DNA of 54,945 bases from Octopus bimaculoides (Eukaryota): contig NC_069003.1 in NCBI RefSeq assembly GCF_001194135.2, positions 30,551,885 to 30,606,829 of the forward strand, written 5' to 3'. The position numbers and the translations under genes are program-made. Each line of letters starts with the position of its first letter. The stretch's first letter is position 1. This document shows positions 52,088 through 54,945 of this stretch, one piece after another. Below the pieces are notes generated by a model that was not told where the DNA came from, did no database searches, and was given only the letters and a program-made list of their open reading frames with translations.

Positions 52088-52632
52088 NNNNNNNNNNNNN
52101 NNNNNNNNNNNNNNNNNNNNNNNNNNNNNNNNNNNNNNNNNNNNNNNNNNNNNNNNNNNNNNNNNNNNNNNNNNNNNNNNNNNNNNNTAGTAGATTTCAT
52201 TGAATAATGTTCTGAGAGTGTGTACGCATGTGTGTGTATATGCATGTTTGTACATGTGAGTCTATATACGCATATATGTGTGTGTGTATGCATGTTTGTA
52301 CATATATGAGTGTATATACGCACAAGTGTGTGTATTTGCGTATATGTATATGTGTGTATGTATGTATATCTATGTGCATGTATACATACTGACACATACA
52401 TATCTATATACACTCACACAGACACAAGCTATATTCAGCTGGTTGTAATACTCGCAGTTGGCAACCATATGTTTCCTGTACATACACACACCACCACCAC
52501 CTTCACCCCCTCCACTGCCACTCTTCTTTCTAACAATTTTAATCCGGATAAACCCATGAGTTATGGCCAGAATAATTTTACTGTTGTTGTGTGTCCTTTT
52601 CTTCTTGTTTATTTACACATTCGTATGTTACA

Positions 52633-52838
52633 CATCATCATCATCATCGTTTAACGTCCGCTTTCCATGCTAGCATGGGTTGGACAATTTGAGTGAGGAC
52701 TGGTGAACCAGATGACTGCACCAGGCTCCAGCCTGATCTGGCAGAGTTTCTACAGCTGGATGCCCTTCCTAACACCAACCACTCCGAGAGTGTAGTGGGT
52801 GCTTTTACGTGCCACTGGCACGAGGGCCAATCTGACGG
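52633..52838 (-). mobile_element. RTE-type 3' end
   Basis: About 10 differences from the reverse complement of 39085-39250 over ~165 bp. Confidence 0.85.
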
Positions 52839-53255
52839 TACTTTTCTTTTATTATTTTTACTTGCTTCAGTCATTTGACTGTGGCCATGCTGGAGCACCG
52901 CATTTAGTCGAGCAAATCGATCAGAAGACTTATTCTTTGTAAGCCTAGTACTTATTGTATCGGTTTCTTTTGCTGAACTGCTAAGTTACCGGGGCGTAAA
53001 CACACCAGCATCGGTTGTCAAGGAATGTTAGAGGAACAAACACATATATATATATGACAGGCTTCTTTTAGTTTCCGTCTACCAAATCTACTCACAAGGC
53101 TTTGGGCAGGTCAAGGCTGTACTAGAAGACACTTGTCCAAAGTGTCCATGTGGCTGGGTAGCCAAGCGTCTTACTACACAGCCATGGCTATTCAAAAGAA
53201 TGTGAAGAAATGGGTATTACATTTGACGAGAATAATCTGAATGCAGAAAGTTTAA

Positions 53256-53472
53256 TTAACCCAGCAATACCCTGCTCAAGTATTCTACCTGCATTATGTT
53301 AAAAACTGGCCAGATCCAACCTCTCACACATGACTTACAACATCATTCTAAAGACAAACAATCACGTTATTAAAATCCCAAAGCTTTGAGATAATGTATG
53401 ACCAATTCAAAATAATGTGAATAAATAAGCATTACATTTGACAGAGAGTAATCTGGATGCGAATGGGTTATA
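53256..53472. mobile_element. Dispersed ~220-bp MITE-like family (other copies ~1556-1785 and ~39352-39575 inverted, ~30270-30490 direct)
   Basis: Shared ggccagatcc..cctctcacac...ttctaaa...gataat.catga..aattcaaaa core in four places. ttaaccc / gggtta ends on this copy. Confidence 0.65.
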
Positions 53473-54448
53473 TTAGTGTTGTATTCATAGGTGTGTTGGA
53501 TTAATGGAATGGCCAGAAGCTGTTCTGTTCACTTGTCATCCCTGCTGTAGCTATTCTTCCTGTAACTACTTAGTCTACCCCACTTCCTTTATATATATAT
53601 GTGTGTGTGTGTGTATGCATGTCTTTCTCTTTTTCTTTTCCTCTTCCTGCTTGCCTGATTTCCCCTCTGTTGGAAGGAAAGAATATGGTTAGGCTTATCT
53701 TAATTGAAATCCAATTTGTGTGTAAAGGATCACAAGATAGAGTGGGAGGATGAGGCGAGGGTCGGGGATAAGGGGTGGACTGCAACAAGAGGTAGTGGAC
53801 CATGATGGACTCTGCCCCTTACACAAGCACACACACACAAACACATGCTCTCTAAACTCAACTGAAAAGAATGAGTTTTGATGCTTGAGGGGGAAAGAAA
53901 AAAAAAATCTGTAAAACAAGGAATATAACCCCCCCCCCCCCCNNNNNNNNNNNNNNNNNGGAATGAAAAGCCAATCAAATTAAGTCAGCTAGGTTTTGGG
54001 AATTCCTTGTGGGTGTCTGTGGGTGTATGGGTTCCAATCCCATGGGGTTGGCATCAAAAATAAAACACTCCCCAAATTAAGAAGAAAGTGAAGAAGGATA
54101 ACCAACCAAGCATGCAAATCTGATTAGACTGTGGGACTTTGGGTTGAATTCCTCTTTTTTTTTTCTTTTTTTTTTTTTCAATAATTTTCTTTCAGAGGGA
54201 AATAGTGATAGAAAAAATAACAGTTATTTGACTATGGCCATGCTGGAGCACCACCTTAAAGGGTGTTTTTAGTCGCAGAAATCGACTCTCTCTTCCCTTT
54301 CAGGGCTTATTCTTTGTAAGCCTGGTACTTATTCTATTGGCCTGTTTTGCTGAAATGCTAAGTTACGGAGGGGGATGTAAACACACCAACAGCAATTGTC
54401 AGGGGACAAACTTAGACGCAAAGACACATGCACACAAATATATGCATG

Positions 54449-54489
<41 letters not shown>

Positions 54490-54945
54490 TTCTTTCAGAC
54501 TTCTTTCAGTTTTTCTCTAACAAATCTACTCATAAGGCTTTGGTTTGCCCGAGGCTATAAGGAAAGATACTTGGCCAAGATGCCATACAGTGGGACTGAA
54601 CCCGTAACTATGTGGTTGGGAAGCAAGCTTCTTACCCCACAGCCACTCCTGCACTTATTATATATATAAATAACATGTCTTCTCCATGTGTAGGCGCATG
54701 GCTCAGTGGTTCGAGCGTTGAGCTTACGATCGTGAGTTTGTGAGTTCGAATCCCAGACCGGGCTGCGTGTTGTGTTCTTGAGCAAGACCCTATATTTTTT
54801 GTAGTTTCAGCTCAGAGCTGCAGCCGTGCTGGAACACCTGATTTTTGAATATATATATATATATATTCAAAAGGTTATTGCATTGATATTAATTCACTTG
54901 TTACCTATATATTCACATATATTCACCATTCTGAAGTAACACATG

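Noticed and set aside
54695-54770. tRNA gene (also 50822-50890)
   Set aside because: A and B boxes are present, but the anticodon and acceptor stems do not pair and the sequence runs into a SINE body.

Overview
AT-rich, microsatellite- and SINE-dense eukaryotic DNA with 13 N-gaps. The repeat content is what I recognise as typical of Octopus (coleoid cephalopod). None of the supplied six-frame ORFs is a real gene; they are microsatellite, SINE or gap artefacts. The window is mostly intron sequence of one + strand gene, eyes absent (eya), rebuilt here from splice signals. Exons lie at 16342-16397, 18540-18696, (27399-27434, candidate cassette), 39938-40006 and 44323-44477. They join in frame to (G)SGSSITNPTSALGYTSQQ|NLDAYSSYQGYQPSYYGGYGFISNQSVVGVTTPTTVPSNTPTYQLVELPQPQ|[NVRVDSDHFPIV]|GENSQNTFTSPSPPLKTEANGNT|[52 protein letters not shown]. 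This is the P/S/T/Y-rich transactivation region plus the start of the Eya HAD phosphatase domain, with the DxDxT motif intact. The 5' exons and the rest of the Eya domain were not found. The introns hold three tRNA-derived SINE families, RTE-type LINE 3' ends, a mariner fossil, and hAT, mariner, Tc1, Tc2/pogo-like and TTAA-type MITEs. The most interesting non-coding signal is a cluster of three hairpins just downstream of the Tyr-rich exon, whose transition differences are all G-U wobbles on the eya sense strand. I found no prokaryote-type system (CRISPR, operon) and no convincing novel protein family. Repeat coordinates are approximate unless TSDs or TIRs are quoted.
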